The notes under the pieces: model-generated | What the model was told of the DNA's origin: nothing | Databases searched by the model: none | Seen by the model: the letters and a program-made list of their open reading frames with translations, nothing else | Position numbers and translations under genes: made by a program | Source of the DNA: Klebsiella pneumoniae | GTDB taxonomy: Bacteria > Pseudomonadota > Gammaproteobacteria > Pseudomonadales > UBA5518 | DNA: 64,000 bases | Assembly: GCA_945862145.1 (NCBI GenBank) | Contig: CAMAXE010000002.1 | Span: 165 to 64,164 of the forward strand | Direction: 5' to 3' | In this document: positions 39,931 through 49,249 of the stretch, one piece after another | Layout: each line of letters starts with the position of its first letter | Numbering within the stretch: the stretch's first letter is position 1

Positions 39931-40847
39931 GCAGTGCCCGCCGTCCAGAGTTCGCAGGCCGCTCGGAACTCGTCGCAGCGACGGTGGTAGTTGGCGGTGG
40001 TTTTCGGCATCGGAACGCGCGCCCCGGCAAGATATTCGATCACCTTTTTGCCTTCGGCGAGCAGGCGCAGCGCCTCCTCGGCGAGGCGGCGCTGCTCCAG
40101 GGGCGCATCCTCCGGCAGCGCGGGCCTGAAGCCCGCCACATCCTCTCCGGCTGCCACGAAGCGCGGCCAGACGCGGAAGATCACCCTATCGCTGCGCATG
40201 GTTTCGCTCTCGAGCTTGGCCGCGGCGGAGAGCTCCTGCAGCAGCGGGCCGAGCGTCCTGAAGCCCGGCAGGCTCATGAAGCAGCTTTCCATCTTGCCAG
40301 CGAGACCGTCGATGTCGCGCATGGCCCGTGCGATCTTCATGTAACGACTCTCGTAGACCGTAGCGATTGGCAGGGTGAAGGCCTTGAAGGGTTCTCCCCA
40401 GAGCTCGTCAATGCCTTCCTCGCCGCTGTAGTGTTTGACGAAATGCCCGAGTTCCAGCGCCTCGCGGAAGCAATCGTCGCACTGGCGCATCAGTTCGTTG
40501 TCCATGCTGATGTGCACGCCGACTTCTTCTAGCCCAACGATCGTGGTGAAAAGGTCAGTGGCGCGGTTGAACAAGGCACCGGCCAGCATGGCCGCGTTTA
40601 CGCGCTTGCGTGCCGGGTCGGTCTCGGTCTGCCAGGCCTCCCGGGCAGCCTCGAGTTTTCTCCCGGGCGTGTTGATGCCTTCCTCGGTGTGGTGGAAGGC
40701 CCGTTTGGTCATTTGGTCGATGAGGCGTTTCTTCTCGACCAACGAGTTCTCTGGCGGTGCGTAATACCGTATCCAGTACCCGTCGTAGAAAATCACCGGC
40801 TTGCCGTCGATGAGATTCAATGTGCCTTCTTTCACTGCCTCGTTCAT
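39927..40847 (-). CDS. conserved hypothetical protein (306 aa), no recognised domain
   Basis: Clean ATG-to-TAG ORF with native-like codon usage. Predicted soluble and Glu/Lys-rich (MNEAVKEGTLNLIDGKPVIFYDGYWIRYYAPPENS...). Divergent from cheW. Confidence 0.7.
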   Translation of the reverse strand: MNEAVKEGTLNLIDGKPVIFYDGYWIRYYAPPENSLVEKKRLIDQMTKRAFHHTEEGINTPGRKLEAAREAWQTETDPARKRVNAAMLAGALFNRATDLFTTIVGLEEVGVHISMDNELMRQCDDCFREALELGHFVKHYSGEEGIDELWGEPFKAFTLPIATVYESRYMKIARAMRDIDGLAGKMESCFMSLPGFRTLGPLLQELSAAAKLESETMRSDRVIFRVWPRFVAAGEDVAGFRPALPEDAPLEQRRLAEEALRLLAEGKKVIEYLAGARVPMPKTTANYHRRCDEFRAACELWTAGTA

Positions 40848-41093
40848 GCCTTGGCGGCGCCCAGCGCCGTAGTTGCCCTTATAGCTACATCATAAGCGCA
40901 CGATTCTCCCTGCGCCTCTCCGGGTTGCTGCGGCCACAACTTTTCCCGAAGCGCCGCCACAGCCGGCCCCGGTGGTGGATGTGCTTGGAAATCCGGGCGC
41001 CAAACCCTATGCTGTATGCCTGATTCGAGAACGAGCGCAAGCAATCGCTCTGGTGCGGCCCGCTTCCGGGCGCGCGCTCCCCCCGGAGGAACC

Positions 41094-41603
41094 ATGGAGG
41101 CTGCCAGAACGGCGAGGAACCGCGGGCGCGTCGAGCGGCGCGATTCGCGTCAATACCTGACCTTCGCGCTTGCTGGCGAGGAGTACGGAGTGGATATCCT
41201 TCGTGTGCAGGAGGTCAAGGGCTGGACACCCGTTACCCGGTTGCCAAGACTGCCTCCCTTCGTCTCCGGCGTGCTGAATCTGCGTGGCGCCATCGTGCCT
41301 ATCATTGATATGCGTGCCCGCTTCGGGCTCGAGCAGGCCGAGCATGGCCCCACCACGGTGATCATCGTGATCAATGTGGGTGATCTGAGCGAACAGCAAG
41401 CTGCCGGCATCGTTGTCGATGCGGTGTCCGATGTCATCGACGTCGATAACGCGGAGGTCAAGCCGCCGCCACGTTTCGGCACCACGCTCGATTCGTCTTA
41501 CATCCGCGGTCTCGCCGAGGTAGGAGAGAAGATGGTCATGCTGCTCGATGCGGACCGCCTCCTCAGTCAGGAGGAATTGCAGGGACTCAAGGCGGCGGTA
41601 TAA
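41094..41603 (+). CDS. cheW: chemotaxis coupling protein CheW
   Basis: YLTFALAGEEYGVDILRVQEVKGW...PPFVSGVLNLRGAIVPIIDMRARFG...GIVVDAVSDV. GGAGGA RBS. Confidence 0.9.
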   Translation: MEAARTARNRGRVERRDSRQYLTFALAGEEYGVDILRVQEVKGWTPVTRLPRLPPFVSGVLNLRGAIVPIIDMRARFGLEQAEHGPTTVIIVINVGDLSEQQAAGIVVDAVSDVIDVDNAEVKPPPRFGTTLDSSYIRGLAEVGEKMVMLLDADRLLSQEELQGLKAAV

Positions 41604-41686
41604 AGCCGCATTGCAAGGGTTGCCCCGCACGTGCGGGCATATATCCGGTCGGTTAAGACACCGGCCCCAATAGCGGGAGGACGGAC

Positions 41687-42049
41687 ATGGCGAATATCCT
41701 GGCCGCTGATGATTCGGCGTCCATGCGACAAATGGTGGCTTTCGCCCTCGGCAACGCCGGGCATACCGTCGTGTCAGCGACGGACGGTGCCGAGGCCTTC
41801 GAGCGTGCGAAGGAGCAGAAGTTCGACCTGGTACTCACGGATGTGAACATGCCGCTGATGGACGGCATAACCCTCACCAGGGAACTGCGGACACTGCCGG
41901 CCTACCGCTTTGTGCCGATCCTGATTCTCACTACCGAGGCGGGGCCGGAGCGCAAGCAGGAAGGCAAAGCCGCAGGTGCGACCGGTTGGATCGTCAAACC
42001 TTTCAACCCCGATCAGCTGATTGCGGTCGTCAAGAAAGTGCTGGGCTAG
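41687..42049 (+). CDS. cheY: single-domain response regulator CheY
   Basis: ILAADDSASMR, the phospho-acceptor in DLVLTDVNMPLMDG, ILILTTE and IVKPF. Confidence 0.9.
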   Translation: MANILAADDSASMRQMVAFALGNAGHTVVSATDGAEAFERAKEQKFDLVLTDVNMPLMDGITLTRELRTLPAYRFVPILILTTEAGPERKQEGKAAGATGWIVKPFNPDQLIAVVKKVLG

Positions 42050-42057
42050 GGGGCAGG

Positions 42058-42948
42058 ATGGGGGGCAGCGATGGAGCAGCGCCCGCGCGTGTGAGGTCCG
42101 TGGAAGATAGGGCCGCGTCGCGCGAGTTCCCGTTCAGTGACTCCGAGTTCGCGTTTATCCGTGAATTGGTCGAGCAACACGCCGCCATCAAACTGCCCGA
42201 CACCAAACGTCAGATGGTCTATGGGCGTCTCGTGCGACGGCTGCGCGAGTTGCGACTCGGCTCCTTCGCAGAGTATGTGGCACTGCTGCGTGAGGATGCG
42301 GGCGGCCCCGAGTTCGTCAACCTGATCAATGCGGTCACCACCAACCTGACGTCGTTCTTCCGCGAAAAGCATCACTTCGACGTGCTGCGCGAGCGCGTAA
42401 TTCCCGAGGTGATCCAGCGCAATGCCGCCAAGCGCACCTTGAGGGTTTGGTCGGCTGGCTGCTCCACTGGTGAGGAGCCGTACTCTATCGCGATGACCGT
42501 GTTGGAAAGTCTGCCTGCCGCGTCGGGGTGGGATGTGCGGATCCTCGCCACCGACATCGATACCAAGGTGCTGGCGACCGCAGGCGCGGGTGTCTACGGG
42601 GTAGATCGGATCCGGTCTCTGCCTGAGGAGATCAAGCGCCGCGGGTTCCTGCGCGGGAGAGGCGCTGCGAGCGAGCGGGTTCGTGTGCGACCGGAGTACC
42701 AGGCGCCGATCACGTTTCGCCAGTTGAACCTGATGGAGCCCTGGCCGATGCAAGGACGTTTTGATGTCATTTTTTGCCGCAATGTGGTGATTTATTTCGA
42801 CAAGCCCACTCAGCAGCGGCTGTTCGATCGCTTCGCCGACCAGTTGGTCGATGGTGGTTATGTGTTCCTGGGGCACTCCGAGACGATGCACAACCTGGCG
42901 ACGCGTTTCCGGCTCCTCGGCCAGACCGTCTACCAGAAAATGCAATAG
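42058..42948 (+). CDS. cheR: chemotaxis protein methyltransferase CheR
   Basis: TNLTSFFREKHHFD, RVWSAGCSTGEEPYSIAM, ILATDID and FCRNVVIYFD. Confidence 0.9.
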   Translation: MGGSDGAAPARVRSVEDRAASREFPFSDSEFAFIRELVEQHAAIKLPDTKRQMVYGRLVRRLRELRLGSFAEYVALLREDAGGPEFVNLINAVTTNLTSFFREKHHFDVLRERVIPEVIQRNAAKRTLRVWSAGCSTGEEPYSIAMTVLESLPAASGWDVRILATDIDTKVLATAGAGVYGVDRIRSLPEEIKRRGFLRGRGAASERVRVRPEYQAPITFRQLNLMEPWPMQGRFDVIFCRNVVIYFDKPTQQRLFDRFADQLVDGGYVFLGHSETMHNLATRFRLLGQTVYQKMQ

Positions 42949-42956
42949 GCGCAGGT

Positions 42957-43643
42957 ATGCAAGATACCGCATCGAATAACCGCCGCCGTCTGACTTACGC
43001 AGGCGAGCCTCGTGTGCTCCCGGGATACGAGCACGTCAAGCGCTACTGGGATCCCACCCGCAACCAGTATGCCGCCAAGATCCTGCCGGGCGAGTACTAC
43101 GTCACGGTGGAGAACGAGGCGATCACCACGGTACTGGGCTCCTGTATATCCGCCTGCGTGCGCGACCCGGTGTTCGGCGTGGGTGGCATGAACCATTTCA
43201 TGCTGCCGCAAAGCGGTGGGCGGGCCACGGATTCCTGGAACGATTCGCTCGTGAGCGCCTCTGCCCGTTATGGGAACGTCGCCATGGAGCACTTGATCAC
43301 GGATATCCAGAAATTCGGCGGTGTGCGTGAGAACCTCGAGGTCAAGATCACCGGCGGGGGCAAGGTACTTGCGATCATGTCGGACGTCGGCAGGCGCAAT
43401 ATCCAGTTCGTTCGCGAATACATCCGCACTGAGGGTCTACGCCTGTTGGCCGAGGACGTGGGCGATGTGTATCCCCGCAAGGTCCTGTACGACCCCCGAA
43501 CCGGGCGTGTCCAGGTAAAAAAGCTCCGCACCCTCCACAACGACACGATCTACCGTCGTGAGGAGCAGTACATGGAGCGCTTGGCGCAGCCGCCACAGCG
43601 CGCGGCACAGGAAGTATTCGGGGGCGACGTAGAGTTGTTTTGA
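42957..43643 (+). CDS. cheD: chemoreceptor glutamine deamidase CheD
   Basis: ILPGEYYVTVENEAITTVLGSCISACVRD (catalytic Cys), GGMNHFMLP (His) and KITGGGKVL. Confidence 0.85.
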   Translation: MQDTASNNRRRLTYAGEPRVLPGYEHVKRYWDPTRNQYAAKILPGEYYVTVENEAITTVLGSCISACVRDPVFGVGGMNHFMLPQSGGRATDSWNDSLVSASARYGNVAMEHLITDIQKFGGVRENLEVKITGGGKVLAIMSDVGRRNIQFVREYIRTEGLRLLAEDVGDVYPRKVLYDPRTGRVQVKKLRTLHNDTIYRREEQYMERLAQPPQRAAQEVFGGDVELF

Positions 43644-43780
43644 CGCGAGCCCAGGGCCAGATGCTGGCAGCGCTGCCCATTGCATGGCGTGCGTGGCTCG
43701 GTTATAGAGTTCGCCGTGAAATAAACCAAGCACACGGGTGGGCAGGGCATGAATTCACGACCCACACTGATTGTTAGCTC

Positions 43781-46700
43781 ATGCAAGATGGGTCTGGCAG
43801 AGAAGCAGCCGGCACCCCACAGGCCCTCGGATCATCTGACGTCCTGATGGCTTCGATTTCTTTTTCCCGCAGAGATGCCGATGTGCCCGGTCATATGGCC
43901 GTGCGCAATGCGGCCATCGCATTCGCGTGCCTCCTCGCAGGGCTGCTCTGCGACGCGCTTGCCACGGTTCCGGGCACTGCTCCACTCCTGTGGCTCCCGG
44001 CCGGTGTCGGGCTCGCCGCTATGCTCGTTTGGGGAAATCGGGCATGGCCCGGGATTCTGGTGTCGGCAGTTTTCCTCGAATTCCTGTCCCTCAGGGACGC
44101 GCCGGCTTCCCTTCCGCTTGCCCTGAGTTGCGCCGTCTCGACGGGCTTGGCTATTGCCTGCCAGGCCATGCTCGCGACAGCCCTGGTCCGCGGGAGGGAA
44201 CACCAACCGCTCCGGTTGGACTCGGTAACGGAGGTGTTGCGTTTCGGACTGCTCTGGAGTCCCGTGGCTGCTCTTTGCGGGGCTGCGGGTGCGCTGTTTG
44301 CGGCCTTCGCCACAGGGCTGATCGCGCCGGGAGCCCTGCCGCGATTTGCTCTTTTCTGCTGGTTTGGCCACTGGGCCGGGATGGTTCTGGGGGCCCCCGC
44401 ATTGTTGGTTCTGGGTGCCGGGTCGCGCAGCGACTGGGCGGGGCGTCGCAAGTCTGTTGTGCTGGTGACGGTGGCCTCGCTGTTGGCTGCGCTGACGATA
44501 GTTCGGTTCGAGGCGCGGCGAGCCGATGAACTTCAGCGGGCAGCCTTCGACGCCTATGCGGGCAGTATCGCGCAGGGATTCCTCCGTGAATGGGAGGCTA
44601 TACGCGACGGGGCTTCCGCCATGCGTTCATTGTTTGCCGCGGCGGAACGCGTCGATGATGCCGGTTTCCGGGTGTTCAGCGATGGGCTCCTGCGCCGCGT
44701 GCAGGGAGTTACGAGCACGGCCTGGGCACCACGAGTCCCAGCCGCGGAACAGGCCGCGTTCGAGACTGCCGTCAGGACGGCTTTGCTGCCGTCCTTCCGT
44801 ATCTCTGCTCCCGCTGCAGGTTTATTGAAGGAAGTAGCCCCACGCGGTGATGCCTGGCCGGTGGTGTTCGTCGAACCCGCCGCGGCCTCATCGCTGGCCG
44901 GTTCGGATCTGCTCGGCTTTGCGGGTAGTGTCGATGTCTTGGCGCGGGTGAGACAGACCGGAGACGTTCTTGCCTTGCCGCCGAGCCAAGCTCTGCGCGG
45001 AGCGGCTGGCGAATGGACCGTGCTCTTCGTGGCGGCGGTAAATGCCTCCGGCGTCGTGTCGGGGCTCGCCCCGCTTGATGGCGTGGTGAGCGTCACAGCC
45101 CGGCCCTTGCTCATTCTTGAGCGGCTGGTGGCGCGCGGGGAGGGCGATGCCTTGGCGCACTTTCGCCTCAACGACGTCTCCGGGGCAGAGCCAGTGCCTC
45201 TGGTGGTGCTCGGGCCCGAGCCCCCCACCAAGACGGCGGGCCTGCCACGCTTCCTCCGGCGAATCGAGATTGGCGGGCGTGTCTGGGAGCTTTCGGCTGA
45301 GGCCTCCCCCCGTTATCTCGGGACGCAGTTCGCTGTTTCCCAGACGGTGCCGGCCATGGCCGCCTTCGTGGGCGCTGCCCTGTTGCTCGCCATTACCCTG
45401 CTAACCAGCGGGCATGCCGCGCGCGTCGAGCACGATGTCGAGGAGCGCACCGCCGAACTCGCCGCCCGCAACCGCCAGTTACGCAACGAGATTGCCGAGC
45501 GCGAAGCGGCCGAGGAACGCGAGCGGGAGGCGCGGAGGGGCTTCCTCGATGGTCTGGCCTTTGCCGGCATTGGCAGCTGGGACCATGACCTTGAGTCGGG
45601 AAGGCTGACCGGCACGCCGGAACTCGGGCGCATCTATGGCCTGCCCGCCGGCGACTTCGACCTGGACATGGATGCGCTCGTCGAGCGCCTGCATCCCGAT
45701 GACCGGCAGCACTTTCAGGAGGCGCTGAAGGCCTGCGTGCTCGCCGGCGGTTTCCTGTCGCTCGACGTGCGTATCCTGCCGCCCGGTGGCGAGATGCGCT
45801 GGCTGAGTTCGCGTGGCAGGCATCGCTTGGACCGCGCGGGGCGCCCGCATGTGGTCGGCGTCAGCTGGGACATCACCGAGCGCATGGCGACGGCCGCGCG
45901 GGCCAAATTGATGGCGATGACCTTCGAACGGGTCGGCGAAGCCCTTTTCATCAGCGACGGCGATCTGCGCATCGTCGAGGTCAATCCGGCGTTTGGCACG
46001 CTGACGGGTATCAGCACTCGCATTGCCCCCGGCATGGATGTCTTCGAGATTTTCGCCGAGCGGGGCAGCCGCGACCAGTTTCGCAGCTCCGCACTGATTG
46101 CCCTCGACCGGGGCACCTGGCAGGGCGAGGTCTGGGGCCGTGGCGCCGGCGGCATGGCTCGTCCCTTCTGGCTTGTGCTCTCGGTGGTTCGCGACGAAGT
46201 GGGAGAGCCAGTCAATTACGTGGGCAGCTTCGTCGACATCAGCGACCGCAAGGGAGCCGAGGCCAAGATCGAGTTCCTGGCCCACCATGACGCGCTGACG
46301 GGTCTGCCCAACCGCTTTTCCCTGCAGAGCCGCGTGGAGCAGGCGCTCGCCCAGACGGTACGCGCCAACGAGCGCCTCGCGCTGATGTTCATCGACATGG
46401 ACCGTTTCAAGCTGATCAACGATTCTCTCGGGCATGACGTGGGCGATCAGTTGCTGCTGGAGATTGCGCGACGGCTGCGCAATGCCGTCCGCTCCAGCGA
46501 TATCGTCGCGCGACTGGGCGGAGATGAGTTCGTGGTGGCCCTGCCGGGGGCTGGCGACGACGACGCGATTGCCCGCATGGCCGAGAAAATCCGCCAGGAA
46601 CTGAGTGCAGCCTACAATTTGCGTGCCCGGTTGCTGCACAGTTCGCCCAGCATCGGTATCGCCATAGCGCCCGTGCACGGCACCACGGTCGAGACCCTGA

Positions 46701-47572
46701 TGCGCAATGCTGACGCGGCCATGTACCGCGCCAAGGATCTCGGTCGCAACAATTTCCAGTTCTTCGACCAAGCGCTTTCCGAGCGCGCCCGTGAGCGCCT
46801 CGAACTCGCAGGCGATCTGCGTGGCGCGGTGGAGAGGGATGAACTCAGACTCCATTTCCAGCCGCAGATCCGTGCCGATGATGGCTTTTATGTGGCTGCC
46901 GAGGCCCTGATCCGCTGGCAGCACCCGACCAGGGGCATGGTGGCGCCGGATCAGTTCATCGGGATTGCAGAGGAGTTCGGACTGATCGATGCGATAGGCG
47001 ATTGGGCACTCCATGCGGCCTGCCGGGAGCTTGCCTCACTCAATGCACTGGGTGTGCGCGATCTGCGTGTATGCGTGAATCTCTCGGCCAAGCAGTTGCG
47101 CGACCGCGAACTTCCGGATCGCGTAGCCGCTGCGATTGCCGCCTCGGGCATCAATGCGGCCGACTTGGAGCTCGAACTGACCGAATCGATGGCCATGCAG
47201 GATCCGCAGTCCACGATCAAGCTGCTGAAAGAGCTGTATGACAGTGGCGTGGGGCTCGCCATCGACGACTTCGGTACCGGCTATTCCTCGCTGTCCTACT
47301 TGAAGATGCTGCCGCTGCACAACATCAAGCTCGACCGCAGTTTCGTCAACGATATCGACACCGAACCCGGCGGAAGGGCGATCTGCAGCGCGACGGTGGC
47401 GATGGCCCATGCGCTTGGCATCAAGGTGGTTGCCGAGGGTGTGGAAACCGAGATCCAGCGCGACTTCCTGATGGCGCTCGGCTGTGATTACCTGCAGGGC
47501 TGGCTCTTCAGCAAGGCATTGCCGCCGGATGAGTTCGCGGCTTTGTTGCTGAAAAGTCGGGTGTTTGTCTGA
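43781..47572 (+). CDS. MASE1-CHASE-TM-PAS-PAS-GGDEF-EAL sensory diguanylate cyclase/phosphodiesterase
   Basis: N-terminal polytopic MASE1-like region. CHASE-like periplasmic segment (STAWAPRVPAAEQAAFE...WPVVFVEP). Two PAS domains. GGDEF domain with an I-site (RSSDIVARLGGDEF). EAL domain (EALIRWQHP, DDFGTGYSSL, KLDRSF, EGVET). Alternative starts are at M23 and M39. Confidence 0.9.
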   Translation: MQDGSGREAAGTPQALGSSDVLMASISFSRRDADVPGHMAVRNAAIAFACLLAGLLCDALATVPGTAPLLWLPAGVGLAAMLVWGNRAWPGILVSAVFLEFLSLRDAPASLPLALSCAVSTGLAIACQAMLATALVRGREHQPLRLDSVTEVLRFGLLWSPVAALCGAAGALFAAFATGLIAPGALPRFALFCWFGHWAGMVLGAPALLVLGAGSRSDWAGRRKSVVLVTVASLLAALTIVRFEARRADELQRAAFDAYAGSIAQGFLREWEAIRDGASAMRSLFAAAERVDDAGFRVFSDGLLRRVQGVTSTAWAPRVPAAEQAAFETAVRTALLPSFRISAPAAGLLKEVAPRGDAWPVVFVEPAAASSLAGSDLLGFAGSVDVLARVRQTGDVLALPPSQALRGAAGEWTVLFVAAVNASGVVSGLAPLDGVVSVTARPLLILERLVARGEGDALAHFRLNDVSGAEPVPLVVLGPEPPTKTAGLPRFLRRIEIGGRVWELSAEASPRYLGTQFAVSQTVPAMAAFVGAALLLAITLLTSGHAARVEHDVEERTAELAARNRQLRNEIAEREAAEEREREARRGFLDGLAFAGIGSWDHDLESGRLTGTPELGRIYGLPAGDFDLDMDALVERLHPDDRQHFQEALKACVLAGGFLSLDVRILPPGGEMRWLSSRGRHRLDRAGRPHVVGVSWDITERMATAARAKLMAMTFERVGEALFISDGDLRIVEVNPAFGTLTGISTRIAPGMDVFEIFAERGSRDQFRSSALIALDRGTWQGEVWGRGAGGMARPFWLVLSVVRDEVGEPVNYVGSFVDISDRKGAEAKIEFLAHHDALTGLPNRFSLQSRVEQALAQTVRANERLALMFIDMDRFKLINDSLGHDVGDQLLLEIARRLRNAVRSSDIVARLGGDEFVVALPGAGDDDAIARMAEKIRQELSAAYNLRARLLHSSPSIGIAIAPVHGTTVETLMRNADAAMYRAKDLGRNNFQFFDQALSERARERLELAGDLRGAVERDELRLHFQPQIRADDGFYVAAEALIRWQHPTRGMVAPDQFIGIAEEFGLIDAIGDWALHAACRELASLNALGVRDLRVCVNLSAKQLRDRELPDRVAAAIAASGINAADLELELTESMAMQDPQSTIKLLKELYDSGVGLAIDDFGTGYSSLSYLKMLPLHNIKLDRSFVNDIDTEPGGRAICSATVAMAHALGIKVVAEGVETEIQRDFLMALGCDYLQGWLFSKALPPDEFAALLLKSRVFV

Positions 47573-47607
47573 AGGGCGCCAGCGGCGCTGGTGTTGGTCG
47601 CCTTTTT
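47572..47607 (+). terminator. candidate intrinsic terminator after the GGDEF-EAL gene
   Basis: An imperfect GC-rich hairpin (AAGGGCGCCAGC / loop / GTTGGTCGCC) is followed by TTTTT, directly after the stop codon. Confidence 0.4.
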
Positions 47608-47798
47608 CACAGGATGTTGTTATCCGGAATGGCAGGACGACGCATGAGGGGCGGTTGCTCCTTAGGTTCATGCAGGGAATGTGTCGTGGCATGGAGGAAT
47701 TTTGCGCAGTTTTGTGCCGGGTGGGCAGCGCGTACACTACCGTCAGAGTTTAGATTGCGGCAGTCGTAACCTGAACGAATCCTGTGAACATACGCCAC

Positions 47799-48590
47799 AT
47801 GTCTGACGCTCCCACCCGCAGTGCAGTGTCGATCACCTTCTCGGTGTGGCGGGCGTTGCTGCTCCGAGAGGCTCTGACGCGCTTGTTCGGACGTCGGGCA
47901 GCTTGGTTCTGGCTGTTGTTGGAGCCCGCCTTCCATGCCGGCTTCCTGATGCTCCTTTTTGCGGCGGTGCGGGTACGCCATGTGGGTGGTTTCCAGACGC
48001 CGATGTGGGTTCTCCTGGGGTTGATCGCGTATTTCTTCTTCCAACGCACGAGCCGACAGGCTGCAGGGGCGGTACGGGCCAACTATCCGTTTTTTGCCTA
48101 CCGGCAGGTGGTGCCGGTCGATGCGGTGCTTTCTCGGGCCTTTCTGGAAGGCGCTCTCATGGTCGTGGTGGCCGTGTTGTTACTGCTTGCCGCGGGATTT
48201 TTCGGCTTGCGGGCGTGGCCTGCAGACCCCCTCAAGGTGATATTCGTCATCTCGGGCATGTGGACTTGCGGGCTCGGGTTCGGATTGATCAGTTCCGTTG
48301 TGGAGGAAATGTCCTCTGAACTGGGCCTGGTACTCGGAATGGCTTCCCGCCCCCTTTATCTCCTGTCAGGTGTCATGTTTCCGCTGGCTTCGTTGCCTCC
48401 GGTTTTCCGTGATCCATTGATGCTCAATCCCCTAGCTCACGGAGTAGAACTGCTCAGGTTGGGCTTTGCCCCTTACTACCACGCGGTGCCGGGCGTTAGT
48501 CTCGGTTATCTTCACGTCTGGGGCCTGGCGTTGACACTGTGCGGCCTACTCCTCCAGTTGGGTTTTGCGCGTCGGATGGCTTCGGAATGA
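47799..48590 (+). CDS. kpsM: capsule polysaccharide ABC-2 transporter permease
   Basis: About 263 aa with six predicted helices and an ABC-2/KpsM pattern (ITFSVWRALLLREALTRLFGRRAAWFWLLLEP...). GTG 47784 is an alternative start. Confidence 0.85.
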   Translation: MSDAPTRSAVSITFSVWRALLLREALTRLFGRRAAWFWLLLEPAFHAGFLMLLFAAVRVRHVGGFQTPMWVLLGLIAYFFFQRTSRQAAGAVRANYPFFAYRQVVPVDAVLSRAFLEGALMVVVAVLLLLAAGFFGLRAWPADPLKVIFVISGMWTCGLGFGLISSVVEEMSSELGLVLGMASRPLYLLSGVMFPLASLPPVFRDPLMLNPLAHGVELLRLGFAPYYHAVPGVSLGYLHVWGLALTLCGLLLQLGFARRMASE

Positions 48591-49249
48591 TCATCGTCAA
48601 TAATGTATTCAAGCGATACCAAACCGATCATGGGCCGGGTCCCTGGGTGCTCCAGGGTGTGAGTTTCGTTATTCCGCCCCGCACCGGAGTGGGACTCATA
48701 GGCGCCAACGGGGCGGGAAAATCCACGCTGCTTCGCATCATTGGCGGCGTAGACCAGCCTACGCGGGGCCATGTCGAGAGGCAGTGCAGGGTGTCCTGGC
48801 CGATGGGCGGGGGTGGCTTGCAGAGAAGTCTCACGGGGCGGCAGAACGCAAAATTCGTCTGTCGTATCCACGGCCACGAGGACGACATACCCGAGCGCCT
48901 CGCGCAGATCGAGGCCTTTGCCGAGTTGGGGCGCGCGCTGGATGAACCGTTAAGCACGTATTCGAGCGGCATGAAATCCCGGTTACAGTTCGCACTGTCG
49001 CTCGCGTTTGATTTCGACATGTATATTTCAGATGAGGTTACGGGTGCAGGAGACGCGCGCTTCCGCAAGCGCGCTGCCGCTGCGTTCCGCGACTTGTCTG
49101 ACCGTGCGGGAATCATCATGGTCTCGCACGGTGAGGGTACGTTGCGAGAGTTCTGCTCCGCGGGGATCCTGCTCGAGCATGGCGTGGCACGGTGGTTTGA
49201 CGATATTGGCGACGCCCTGGCAGCCTACAAGGAAAACTCCGACGCATGA
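48587..49249 (+). CDS. kpsT: capsule polysaccharide ABC transporter ATP-binding protein
   Basis: GANGAGKSTLL, the KpsT-type signature YSSGMKSRLQFA, and Walker B FDMYISDE. ATGA overlap with kpsM. Confidence 0.9.
   Translation: MIIVNNVFKRYQTDHGPGPWVLQGVSFVIPPRTGVGLIGANGAGKSTLLRIIGGVDQPTRGHVERQCRVSWPMGGGGLQRSLTGRQNAKFVCRIHGHEDDIPERLAQIEAFAELGRALDEPLSTYSSGMKSRLQFALSLAFDFDMYISDEVTGAGDARFRKRAAAAFRDLSDRAGIIMVSHGEGTLREFCSAGILLEHGVARWFDDIGDALAAYKENSDA

Noticed and set aside
40848-41093. tRNA or small RNA in the larger intergenic regions (40848-41093, 38841-39075, 47573-47798, 60402-60857).
   Set aside because: I saw no cloverleaf-compatible arms or GTTCGAATC-type T-loops, and no conserved riboswitch cores I could recognise by eye. 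A covariance-model scan (tRNAscan-SE/Infernal) would be decisive.
43666-43677. GGCAGCGCTGCC perfect palindrome after cheD as a terminator.
   Set aside because: It has no loop, only a 6-bp stem, and no T-tract. It is more likely chance or a protein-binding site, which I cannot support.
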